DNA of 42,384 nt, taken from positions 1-42,384 of IMG/VR virus record IMGVR_UViG_3300038318_000271. One strand, 5' to 3'. A model generated the notes under the pieces. It ran no database searches, was not told the origin of the DNA, and worked only from the letters and a program-made list of their open reading frames with translations. The position numbers and the translations under genes were made by a program. Each line of letters begins with the position of its first letter. Positions within the stretch are counted from its first letter, which is position 1. Positions 16,237 to 23,865 of this stretch are shown here, piece after piece. This stretch comes from a virus.

Positions 16237-16592
16237 AGACCCCTCCGGAGGCCGGCCGAGAACGGCGTCCACGGTCCCGGGATGATCTCGATGAGGTCCT
16301 CGTCGTCAGTCGCCGCCTGGGTACGGAGGCTCTCCGCCTGGGCGTGCAGGGCGTTCGCGACCGCCTGCCCGTTCGTCCGCAGCCCGTTGGTCTCGATGTA
16401 CTTGAGGATCAGGACCTGCGAGGCGGCGATCTGGTCGAGCGCCATCGCGGCTGCGAGACGGACATCCTGCTCGTTGAGCCCGAGGAAGACACCGATCTCT
16501 TCGTCGGTAAAGATCTCGTAGTCAGGATCGCGGTCGGTGCAGAGCAGCCGCACAGTGCCGGTCGGGGTACCGGGGATGTAGGTGAACGTCAC
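16233..16592 (-). CDS. Head-tail connector (gp6-like adaptor)
   Basis: 119 aa with a GTG start that overlaps the stop of a small upstream ORF. Lies downstream of the capsid gene. Confidence 0.55.
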   Translation of the reverse strand: MTFTYIPGTPTGTVRLLCTDRDPDYEIFTDEEIGVFLGLNEQDVRLAAAMALDQIAASQVLILKYIETNGLRTNGQAVANALHAQAESLRTQAATDDEDLIEIIPGPWTPFSAGLRRGL

Positions 16593-16729
16593 GGTTTCGG
16601 CTCCTTGAGGCGCCGGAGTTTCGGCCGCTCGCCCTCGGTCTTCATGAGAGCGATGATCTCATCGTTCTGCTGCACAATCCGGGCGAGATAGACGTCCGTG
16701 GTGGTTACCGGGCGCGGTAGACTATCCAT
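16589..16729 (-). CDS. Small hypothetical protein (46 aa, below the track threshold)
   Basis: Hand-translated as MDSLPRPVTTTDVYLARIVQQNDEIIALMKTEGERPKLRRLKEPKP. Its TGA overlaps the next GTG. Confidence 0.35.
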   Translation of the reverse strand: MDSLPRPVTTTDVYLARIVQQNDEIIALMKTEGERPKLRRLKEPKP

Positions 16730-16752
16730 GTCAGATCACCCGGAAAGGGGGG

Positions 16753-17940
16753 TTAGGACGATCCCGCCCCGGCGGATCCCGCCCCGGTGGATCCCACGGT
16801 GAAGCGGTAATCTCCCTGCCTACCGCCGAACACCGCCCGGACCTTATACTGGATCGAGTCGGTGTCGAAATCGCCGTCGAAGGCACTTGCGGCGGTCCCG
16901 GAGAGCCCGATCGCGTTGGAGCTCTTCATGAAGATCGCCGGGGCCTCGTGCCCGCGAAGGTGCGCCACCTCGACCGCCCCGCGACCCTCGGCCGGATCGG
17001 CGAACAGATACCACTGTGTGTGGGCGTTGGCAGTCGACGCGATGATCGGCGCGTAGGGGAGAACCACCGGTTTGAGCCCGCCGGCCTTGATCCAATTCGT
17101 GGTCTCGATCTCCTGCTCGGTCGACCCGCCGCCGGCGGTCTTCGCCCGAATGGTGAGCGCGTTGATGATGTTGTTGGCGGTCACTTCGAGCGCCGGAGGC
17201 ACTGCAAGGACCGTTGGCCGGTTCAGGATCGGCTCCCCGCCCGCGTCAGTCATCTCACTCATCGCGGCAAAGCCCGCCTGCACTCCGGCGACGGAGAGCG
17301 GATCGGTGAGGAGGTTGCCCTGCGCCGAGGAGTAAAGCGTGCTGTCAGGGCCGGATGCGCCGACGATCAGGCCAGTCGCGAACTTCTCCTCCGTCCGCGC
17401 GGCAGCCAGGCCGAACCGCTTCGGGATGTCGGCAAACGCGCCCATTGCGTCGTTCCGGATCATCTCCCAGGAGAGCGGGATCCGCGTCCCGTATTTCTTA
17501 ACGCGGAAGGTGGCCTTCGACTCGGAGAGGTTGGTCGCCGGGTATTCGTTCTGCTGCCCGACCTCCGGGAGCGTGCCGTCGCCACCCGCGACCTCATAGC
17601 GAGCCGCGTCGCGAAAGTCCGGGACGGTGCCCACCTTCGCCCAATCGCGGTAGGACGTCGGCCAGGTCTTGTATGCGCCGACCATGACCTGCTCCAGCGC
17701 GACACCCATCAGGAGGGGGAAGTCGCTGGTACCCATCGCTTCGGCAAGCCGGTTGATCCCGATGTCGCCCCGGCTCGTGGCCTCTACGAGGTCCAGAGCG
17801 CGACCGACGCGGTTCAGGAGGTCGGCTTTGTTTTCTGCACGGATGAGAGCCCGACTGACCGGAGTTCCTGCCTCCGTGAAGAACTGCTTGATCGATGCAT
17901 CGGTCACATCGACGGTTTCGAATAGTTTATCCATCGTCAT
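16753..17940 (-). CDS. Major capsid protein (HK97 fold)
   Basis: 395 aa. Lies downstream of the scaffold and decoration genes. Sequence resembles phage major head subunits. Confidence 0.85.
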   Translation of the reverse strand: MTMDKLFETVDVTDASIKQFFTEAGTPVSRALIRAENKADLLNRVGRALDLVEATSRGDIGINRLAEAMGTSDFPLLMGVALEQVMVGAYKTWPTSYRDWAKVGTVPDFRDAARYEVAGGDGTLPEVGQQNEYPATNLSESKATFRVKKYGTRIPLSWEMIRNDAMGAFADIPKRFGLAAARTEEKFATGLIVGASGPDSTLYSSAQGNLLTDPLSVAGVQAGFAAMSEMTDAGGEPILNRPTVLAVPPALEVTANNIINALTIRAKTAGGGSTEQEIETTNWIKAGGLKPVVLPYAPIIASTANAHTQWYLFADPAEGRGAVEVAHLRGHEAPAIFMKSSNAIGLSGTAASAFDGDFDTDSIQYKVRAVFGGRQGDYRFTVGSTGAGSAGAGSS

Positions 17941-18318
17941 TCAGATCCCTCCCTTGAGGGCGACCGGAATCTCTGCGACGACCGCATCGGTCGCACCCGC
18001 GGCGATCGCTTTGAGCGCGACGCCGAACTCTTTGCCCGTGGTCGCGTTGGCATCGATGATCGCCGGAGTCTCTCCGGACGGGGCTGTGTAGTACACCGTG
18101 TCCCCTTCGTCGATTGCCTCGTTCTTGGTTCCGTCGTGTCCGGTGACAGAGAGCTTGAAAACCCCCTTCACGCGGACGGGGGCGTTGCCTGCCGCGTCAC
18201 GGTCCTCCAGTGCCACGCCAGCGATGGTGCCGACGACGACCGGATCCCCGCTCTCGGTCCCTGCCGGGACGGGGAGCGGGAGCGTGTCGCCCGGATAGTA
18301 GACTTCATTTTTAGCCAT
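17941..18318 (-). CDS. Capsid decoration/cement protein (DUF2190-like)
   Basis: 125 aa, PGD...V.VKGVFKL...G..VY pattern, immediately upstream of the major capsid gene. Confidence 0.65.
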   Translation of the reverse strand: MAKNEVYYPGDTLPLPVPAGTESGDPVVVGTIAGVALEDRDAAGNAPVRVKGVFKLSVTGHDGTKNEAIDEGDTVYYTAPSGETPAIIDANATTGKEFGVALKAIAAGATDAVVAEIPVALKGGI

Positions 18319-18320
18319 GC

Positions 18321-19403
18321 TCAGAACCCTCCAAATGATTTGATTCTCTCTGCGAACGCCTTCTCCGCCTCTTCGAGCGTCTTCTCGGTCGGAGCGCCCG
18401 CGCCCATACCGACGATCTTACCGGCGCCGAGTTTCGCGAGATACTCGGCCTCAGTCTTGACAGCCGCCTCGATCTTCGCGGTGTAGGTCGCCTCATCGAG
18501 TTTGCCGTCCTTGACGACAGGGCTCTTGCCGAGCGACTCGACGATCCGCGCCTTGGTGAGGTCGGGGATCTTGGCGTCCTTGACCTTTGCCTCGACGAAC
18601 GTCTTTGCCTCGACGAGAAGCTGCGCCTCCTTCAGGCGGGCGTTCTCGGTCTGTGCTGCTTCGAGGGCTGTCTCGGTCTCTTTGAGTTTCTTCTCCTGCT
18701 GTGCCTGCGCCTCCTTCATGGCGGCGCTGTTCTCGATCTCCGTCCGGAGCGCCTCGATGATCTCGGGGTGGTCCTTGTGGAGAGATTCGAGCGTGAGTTT
18801 CGGTGTAGGGGTAGGTTCTCCCATGCTGGATTCTCCTGCTGCTTTCTGTTCGTCTGTCGGTACTGGAGGGCCGGCAGCCCGGAACGCTTCCGCGATGGCG
18901 CCGCCGCGGCCGGGCACGGTCACAAAATCGACCGAGCGGGCGGCGGCAATCCGGGTGATCACATCACCTTTCTTGCCCTCCGCCTCGCCCGGTTTCGATT
19001 CTCCCCATACGTAGTGGGAGAGCCCGATGTGCGGCCCCATCTCCGCGACGTGGTCGCGGTAGGCGCTGAACACCTTCGCCCGCGAGTAGAGCCCTGGTCC
19101 TTTCGACCCCTGTTCATCCCACCGGGCGTCTTCGGTCAGGACGCCCGCGAGGTCGCGGAGGTCGCGTTCGGGGCGCTCTTTCTCGTCGCTCTTGCTCGGG
19201 TGGTTCCAATACATCTGGAGCCCGGCCGCGTAGACCCGGGCGTTAGCCGCCTGCTGGAGCACCTCGCGGGAGTAGTAGCCCGACGAGCCCCACCCGGCGT
19301 CGATGATCTTGACAGGGATCGTGCCGTTACCGTCAGTCTTTGCCTCAATCAGCGGGACGATGCCCGCTATGAACTCTGTCACACTGTCCTGCCCTCCACT
19401 CAT
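18321..19403 (-). CDS. Scaffolding protein, possibly fused to a prohead protease domain
   Basis: Start refined to the ATG at 19403 (ATGA overlap). The C-terminal half is a K/E/A-rich coiled coil. The N-terminal domain reads GWGSSGYYSREVL...WNHPS. Confidence 0.65.
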   Translation of the reverse strand: MSGGQDSVTEFIAGIVPLIEAKTDGNGTIPVKIIDAGWGSSGYYSREVLQQAANARVYAAGLQMYWNHPSKSDEKERPERDLRDLAGVLTEDARWDEQGSKGPGLYSRAKVFSAYRDHVAEMGPHIGLSHYVWGESKPGEAEGKKGDVITRIAAARSVDFVTVPGRGGAIAEAFRAAGPPVPTDEQKAAGESSMGEPTPTPKLTLESLHKDHPEIIEALRTEIENSAAMKEAQAQQEKKLKETETALEAAQTENARLKEAQLLVEAKTFVEAKVKDAKIPDLTKARIVESLGKSPVVKDGKLDEATYTAKIEAAVKTEAEYLAKLGAGKIVGMGAGAPTEKTLEEAEKAFAERIKSFGGF

Positions 19404-20206
19404 GTTGATGCCCTCCTGCGGTACAGGATGGCGCACCGGCACCCGGGGAACCGGGGGGCGTGCTGGTGGCCACTCGGAAACGGTTCGTCGACCGAGATCC
19501 ATCCCGTCTGCCCGTTCGTCCGACACCCGTCAGAGACCCGGTCGTCGCCGACGGTGCTCCACGACTTTTCCATCTCCAGGCCGACCGCCGCCATCTCGTC
19601 GACGACGAGCCGGTTCCCCTCCTCGTACGCCTCCGCGGCTTCCGTGACCGCGATCAGCTCGGCCCGGTTGCGGATGTGCGCCTGCGGTTTGCCGACGCCA
19701 AACTCTTCGTACTTCGCGACGATCTGCCGGGCGACCTTCTGGTAGTTGTAGCCCTCCTCCATCCCCTGCGTGACGATCCGGGCGATCTCCTCGCGGGTGG
19801 TCGCGTCGATCTCCGTGACCGCAGCGGCCGCACGGTCTTTGATGGCGGCGACCGCCCGGGGGTTTTTGAGGTCGAATGCATAATCGACGCCGAACTCCGC
19901 GACCCGGTGCCGAGCGGCGGCGGCGATAGCTGCTCCGGCCGCCTCCTCGATCGGGCCGGTGAAGAGATCGAGCGTCGTCTGGTAGGCAACTTCGAGTGCT
20001 CCCTCGATTACAGGCGGGATACTTGCCTCGCCGAGGATCCTCGGGCCGAGCCGCTCGAACTCCCGCATGAAGGCGGCCCGGTGTGCCCGGAACGCCTTCG
20101 CCATCTGCCGGGTGAGTTTTGTCTCGATAGGTTTGAGTGCCCGGTCTCGCTTCCAGATCTTCGTCAGGGTGGCGATGTTTTCGAGGAGGTCGCGGAGCGA
20201 GGTCAT
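19400..20206 (-). CDS. Minor head morphogenesis protein (Mu F / SPP1 gp7 family)
   Basis: C-terminal block ELIAVTEAAEAYEEGN...WSTVGDDRVSDGCRTNGQ...HPGCRCAILY-type motif. Lies directly after the portal gene. Confidence 0.8.
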   Translation of the reverse strand: MTSLRDLLENIATLTKIWKRDRALKPIETKLTRQMAKAFRAHRAAFMREFERLGPRILGEASIPPVIEGALEVAYQTTLDLFTGPIEEAAGAAIAAAARHRVAEFGVDYAFDLKNPRAVAAIKDRAAAAVTEIDATTREEIARIVTQGMEEGYNYQKVARQIVAKYEEFGVGKPQAHIRNRAELIAVTEAAEAYEEGNRLVVDEMAAVGLEMEKSWSTVGDDRVSDGCRTNGQTGWISVDEPFPSGHQHAPRFPGCRCAILYRRRAST

Positions 20207-21807
20207 GCCGCCGCCTCCCGGAGGTATGCTTCCAGTTTCCCGATCGCCGTCGCGAGCGCGGCCTCGCTATCCGCCGGCGGCTGCTCCTCACCCTGCGGGA
20301 ACCACTCGTCGACGAGGTCCTGCGCGTTCGGATCCCCGAGCGCATCGAGGAGGAGTTTCGTCAGGTGCCGGACCGGGATCGTGCCGGCGACCGGAGCCCC
20401 TTTGAGCGTGCCAGCGTGGACAATAGCATCGACCATCTCAAGGGGGTCGTGCTGCAGGATCGGCGGGAACTTGACCTCGACTTTGCGATTCATCGGCTCC
20501 CCAGTCTCCGGGTCCTTGCCGAGGGTCACGATCCGGTCGCCGTCATCGTCGATCTCGATCGTCGCACCTGCACGGAGCGGGCCGGATGGCACCATCGCTG
20601 CCTGGTCAACGATGTAGCCGAGGATATTGCCGAGGACCGAGGACCAGAGCGATTGCCGGGCGGTGAACTGGAGCTCCATCGGCCGCTCCATCGATTTGGC
20701 CGTGGCGAGGTTGCCGGTGCTCGGGTCGCCGGTGAGGTAGGGCTCGTTGATGCCGGTCGCCGAGCAGACCATCAGCATCAGCCGGCGGGCGTCGTCCATG
20801 CTCGTGGTGATGCCAGAGGTACGGATCGGTTCCAGTTTCGTGCCCGGTGTCGTGGCCAGGATGCCGCCGACCTGCCCGCCGCTCTGCGCCCGGGCCTCGG
20901 CAAGATTCTGCTGCAGGCTCGGGAGCATCGCCTGGAGTTTGGAGACGGCACCAGTGACGGCCTTCTTGTTCGCGCCGGTGAGCTGCATCGCGAACTTACT
21001 GAGGGCGTCGATGATCGTGACCCACTTTTCGAGGAACACCTTGTAGGCGTTCGCCCAATCGCAGGCCGCGTACATCTCGGAGACGCCGAACTGCATGTCG
21101 TCAAGCCGGTTGACGCTGACGTGGTAGATCGGGGTGTCCGCCCGGACCGGGATGCCGGCGATGTGCGAGGGGTGGCCGCCGGTCGGGTTATAGCGCCAGT
21201 CAGGGTAGTAGGCTTTGTGCTGCTTGACTTCGCTCACACTGGTCGTGGGGTTGTATGTCGTTGAGGTCCAGACGCGGAGGTAGTACCGCGGGTCCTGGGC
21301 GTCCTCGGGGTTGGCGATGATGGCGGCGATCTCGTCGAACGGGATCGTCCGGATCTTGACATGGCCGGTGCTCGGATTGACGAAGAACACGAAGAAGAGG
21401 TTCGCGAAGAGCTGAAGTCCTGTCTCCAGCCGCATCCAGGCTTCGACGTCGCCGAAGACGGTTCGGTTCGTCGGGTCGGTGAGGACCCGCTGCACGACAG
21501 TGTCGACGGTCGGGTGCGTTGCCCGGAGGGTTGCCCCCTGCCCCCACACGTAGAGGCACTGGACGGCGACTGCCCGCTTGATCAACGGGTTCTTGAGCCA
21601 CCTGAGCCTGACCATCTTCGAGAGCGCCCGGAGCCCTTCGCGGCTGAAGTCGCGGTCGCTGCCGCCGATCCGCTGCCACCCCTGCTCGCCGAGCTGATCT
21701 TCCAGGACAGCGAGCCGCTCGGTCAGGAGTTCGTAGTTGTCGAGGACTGCGACGACCTGCTCGGCGAACCGCTGCAGGTCGTGTTGCGGGGCAGCGGCGG
21801 CGCTCAC
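20203..21807 (-). CDS. Portal protein
   Basis: About 534 aa, upstream of the MuF-like gene. Start proposed at the GTG at 21807, preceded by GGAGGGG and GTGA-overlapping the upstream stop. The maximal ORF extends to the ATG at 21930. Confidence 0.8.
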   Translation of the reverse strand: MSAAAAPQHDLQRFAEQVVAVLDNYELLTERLAVLEDQLGEQGWQRIGGSDRDFSREGLRALSKMVRLRWLKNPLIKRAVAVQCLYVWGQGATLRATHPTVDTVVQRVLTDPTNRTVFGDVEAWMRLETGLQLFANLFFVFFVNPSTGHVKIRTIPFDEIAAIIANPEDAQDPRYYLRVWTSTTYNPTTSVSEVKQHKAYYPDWRYNPTGGHPSHIAGIPVRADTPIYHVSVNRLDDMQFGVSEMYAACDWANAYKVFLEKWVTIIDALSKFAMQLTGANKKAVTGAVSKLQAMLPSLQQNLAEARAQSGGQVGGILATTPGTKLEPIRTSGITTSMDDARRLMLMVCSATGINEPYLTGDPSTGNLATAKSMERPMELQFTARQSLWSSVLGNILGYIVDQAAMVPSGPLRAGATIEIDDDGDRIVTLGKDPETGEPMNRKVEVKFPPILQHDPLEMVDAIVHAGTLKGAPVAGTIPVRHLTKLLLDALGDPNAQDLVDEWFPQGEEQPPADSEAALATAIGKLEAYLREAAA

Positions 21808-22283
21808 GGCGTCCCCTCCGCTCTCAGCGTCAGCCAGGCGTAGTATCTCCGGTGCCAGAACGGCACGTCGACCGATCCGCAGAAGCGCGGCCAGAGCGCC
21901 CACAGGAGCCTCTGCAGGGGCGTCTGCCACTCCGCCGTGAGATACTCCATGTCATCCGCCGGCTGCCCGACCGCGTGTAGGAGTTCGTGCCAGAGTCGGA
22001 GGATCACCACGGCATCCGAGTCCTCCGGTCGGACGCGGATGGCTGCCCGGAGATCCATCCCGCCGCCGAGAGCCCGAGCGGGGATCGCGTCGTCGAATAC
22101 GTAGGCGTCGCCCGCGTCGACCGGGAACGGAAACCCGTTCCAAGTCTCGTCGGGGGCAAAGTAGCGGATCTCCGGCGTCCCGGTCCGGACCCCGAACTGG
22201 AAGAACGGCGGAATCTGCGGGAGGAGAGGGACCAACCTCCGCCGCAACGCCTCGGTCTTGAAGTAGATGACAAAGCAGGGCAT
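21804..22283 (-). CDS. Small HExxH zinc-metallopeptidase-like protein
   Basis: 159 aa starting from the ATG at 22283. Contains the motif LWHELLHAVG. The track ORF extension to 22382 runs through the tRNA-like element. Confidence 0.55.
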   Translation of the reverse strand: MPCFVIYFKTEALRRRLVPLLPQIPPFFQFGVRTGTPEIRYFAPDETWNGFPFPVDAGDAYVFDDAIPARALGGGMDLRAAIRVRPEDSDAVVILRLWHELLHAVGQPADDMEYLTAEWQTPLQRLLWALWPRFCGSVDVPFWHRRYYAWLTLRAEGTP

Positions 22284-22297
22284 TATACTCCTCGAAA

Positions 22298-22370
22298 AAC
22301 CGCCGGAGGGACTCGAACCCCCTGCCCCCCGGTTACAGATCCGGCGCGCTGCCGGTAGCGCCTCGGCGGC
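22298..22370 (-). tRNA. tRNA-like gene with a non-canonical anticodon arm
   Basis: Hand fold: acceptor GCCGCCG/CGGCGGU, D arm GCGC-UACCGGCA-GCGC, T arm GGGGG-UUCGAGU-CCCUC. The anticodon arm has only a 4-bp stem CCGG/CCGG with an 8-nt loop AUCUGUAA. Followed by TTTTT. It fills a 95-nt intergenic gap. Confidence 0.5.
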
Positions 22371-22378
22371 GGTTGTGC

Positions 22379-22627
22379 TCATGCCTCGGGCTCCGCCTGC
22401 ACGACCGCGAGCCAGTTAGTCCCGGCTGTGACGATCTCGCGGACCTCGTCCTCGGTTATCTTGCCGTCGTCGATTGCATCACAGATGACGTCGACGGCGT
22501 CCCGGGTCGCGTGCACCGCACGGAGCGCCCTGCGCCCCCACGCCCGGCCTGCGAGCGCGGAGAGGGTAGCGGTCCCGGCGATCGCGGCGACAGGGATGAG
22601 GAGATCGAGGGGGAGTGCCTCAATCAT
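22379..22627 (-). CDS. Small membrane protein
   Basis: 82 aa with an N-terminal hydrophobic helix LLIPVAAIAGTATLSALAG. Confidence 0.55.
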   Translation of the reverse strand: MIEALPLDLLIPVAAIAGTATLSALAGRAWGRRALRAVHATRDAVDVICDAIDDGKITEDEVREIVTAGTNWLAVVQAEPEA

Positions 22628-22920
22628 TCGCCCCTCCCGGACCCGACGACCTGCCCGTCACGGATCACGTAATACCCGCCCGGATACCGGAGGGTGAAGG
22701 AGGTTGCGCCGGCGGCCTCGTACTGCTCGATCTGCTCGACAAGCGATGCCTGGATCTCCTTGGTGTGGCCGTCGAGGACAAAGGAGCGGACGGCCGGAGA
22801 GATCGGACGCGGGCCGGGCGAGGTGCTCGGGGGCGCGAGAGGGTCCGGGGGCGTGGACTGGGAGAAGAGCGCGCGGATTGCCCCAAAGAGACCGATTATT
22901 AAGGATATTAGTTTCGACAT
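22624..22920 (-). CDS. Membrane-anchored protein with a Pro-rich linker
   Basis: Start refined to the ATG at 22920 (MSKLISLIIGLFGAIRALF...). First gene after an AT-rich promoter-like region. Confidence 0.55.
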   Translation of the reverse strand: MSKLISLIIGLFGAIRALFSQSTPPDPLAPPSTSPGPRPISPAVRSFVLDGHTKEIQASLVEQIEQYEAAGATSFTLRYPGGYYVIRDGQVVGSGRGE

Positions 22921-23029
22921 GTCGTTGGCCTCCAAAATACCGTTGCGGAGATTATAGACGCTCAAATACTTAAAGGGGCGAGAATTTTAAAATCTTAAAA
23001 AAGTAGGGGTTTTAAATAGTAGGATACTT
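22921..23029 (-). promoter_or_regulatory. AT-rich promoter-like intergenic region ahead of the membrane-protein/head operon
   Basis: Contains several TATA-like boxes on the minus strand (tttaaaa, ttttaaaattc, tataatc). It contrasts sharply with the flanking G+C-rich DNA. Confidence 0.4.
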
Positions 23030-23047
23030 CCCGGCAGTATTGCCGGG
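23030..23047 (-). terminator. Hairpin downstream of gene 23051..23443
   Basis: cccggca-gtat-tgccggg forms a perfect 7-bp stem, followed on the minus strand by T-rich tracts. Confidence 0.4.
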
Positions 23048-23050
23048 ATG

Positions 23051-23443
23051 TCACTCGCCGCGGGCCGGCTCGATCAGCGCGTGGATCGCGTCGGCCATCG
23101 TCTCCCCGTAGCGCATATGGGTCGCGAGCCGGTCGCGGTCGGCGCGGTAGATGCGGATGTTGACGTATTTTTGAGGTAAGTACTCGTCAGGAAGAGATAT
23201 AAGGTCATCTTCTGTGATCTCAAGCCCGTTCCCCTCCTGAAGTGAGTCCAGAATCTCGCTCTCCATGAATATGAAATACGGTCGCTCAGCCTCGGCTCCA
23301 GCAAACTTGAAGTATTCCTCTAATGTCATGTTTGGCCGGTCCATGTGATCGATCCTGATGTTATCGAGCGTGAGGGGATTTTGCCCCTCCTGCACATCGA
23401 GCCGGATACCATACTCGTATCCCTGCGAGTTCTTAAAAATCAT
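23051..23443 (-). CDS. Hypothetical protein (accessory island)
   Basis: 130 aa with visibly lower G+C than the genome. No motif recognised. Confidence 0.6.
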   Translation of the reverse strand: MIFKNSQGYEYGIRLDVQEGQNPLTLDNIRIDHMDRPNMTLEEYFKFAGAEAERPYFIFMESEILDSLQEGNGLEITEDDLISLPDEYLPQKYVNIRIYRADRDRLATHMRYGETMADAIHALIEPARGE

Positions 23444-23800
23444 TTAGATCGCCTCCCGCACCTTGCTCGCGACCTGCCCGAGCATCTCAGCCGGGAACCC
23501 GGTTGTCTCAAGGTCCGCACCCACCTGCTTCATGACCCACGCCGCTGTCGTTAGCGCGGTGCTGGGCGCGATCTTCTCCCAGATGAACGGCTTGAGGTAA
23601 TAGCTGTTTCCGGCCTCCTTCAACTGGCTCTTCGGAACCCAGACCTCTTTCTCCCGGCCGGTCGCGAAGATGTTGTATCCGGACCCGGCGATCTGCGGGG
23701 CGCGGATCAGGATTGCCTTCTCAGTCTCTTTCAGGAAGGGGAACACGATGCAGATATCCCCGTGCTTTGTGGTGGTTTTCAGTCCAATGGTTTGAGTCAT
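23444..23800 (-). CDS. Hypothetical protein (accessory island)
   Basis: 118 aa. Preceded by an AT-rich intergenic region containing a palindrome. Confidence 0.6.
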   Translation of the reverse strand: MTQTIGLKTTTKHGDICIVFPFLKETEKAILIRAPQIAGSGYNIFATGREKEVWVPKSQLKEAGNSYYLKPFIWEKIAPSTALTTAAWVMKQVGADLETTGFPAEMLGQVASKVREAI

Positions 23801-23865
23801 TCTCTTTCACCTCTTACAATAATTACATTAGATGTAATAATATAAATAAGTATCGTAGGTTGAGA

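Noticed and set aside
16948-17925. 325-aa plus-strand ORF
   Set aside because: It is antisense to the major capsid gene, and its Arg/Gly/Asp-rich composition is artefactual.
19460-21264. Plus-strand ORFs 19460..20617 and 20137..21264, and minus-strand ORF 19530..20345
   Set aside because: They are antisense or off-frame to the MuF-like and portal genes, which have clear family signatures.
21808-21930. Portal N-terminal extension to the ATG at 21930
   Set aside because: It would overlap the HExxH gene by 127 nt. A GTG at 21807 with a GGAGGGG RBS and a GTGA overlap fits the genome-wide coupling pattern better. It is kept as an alternative.
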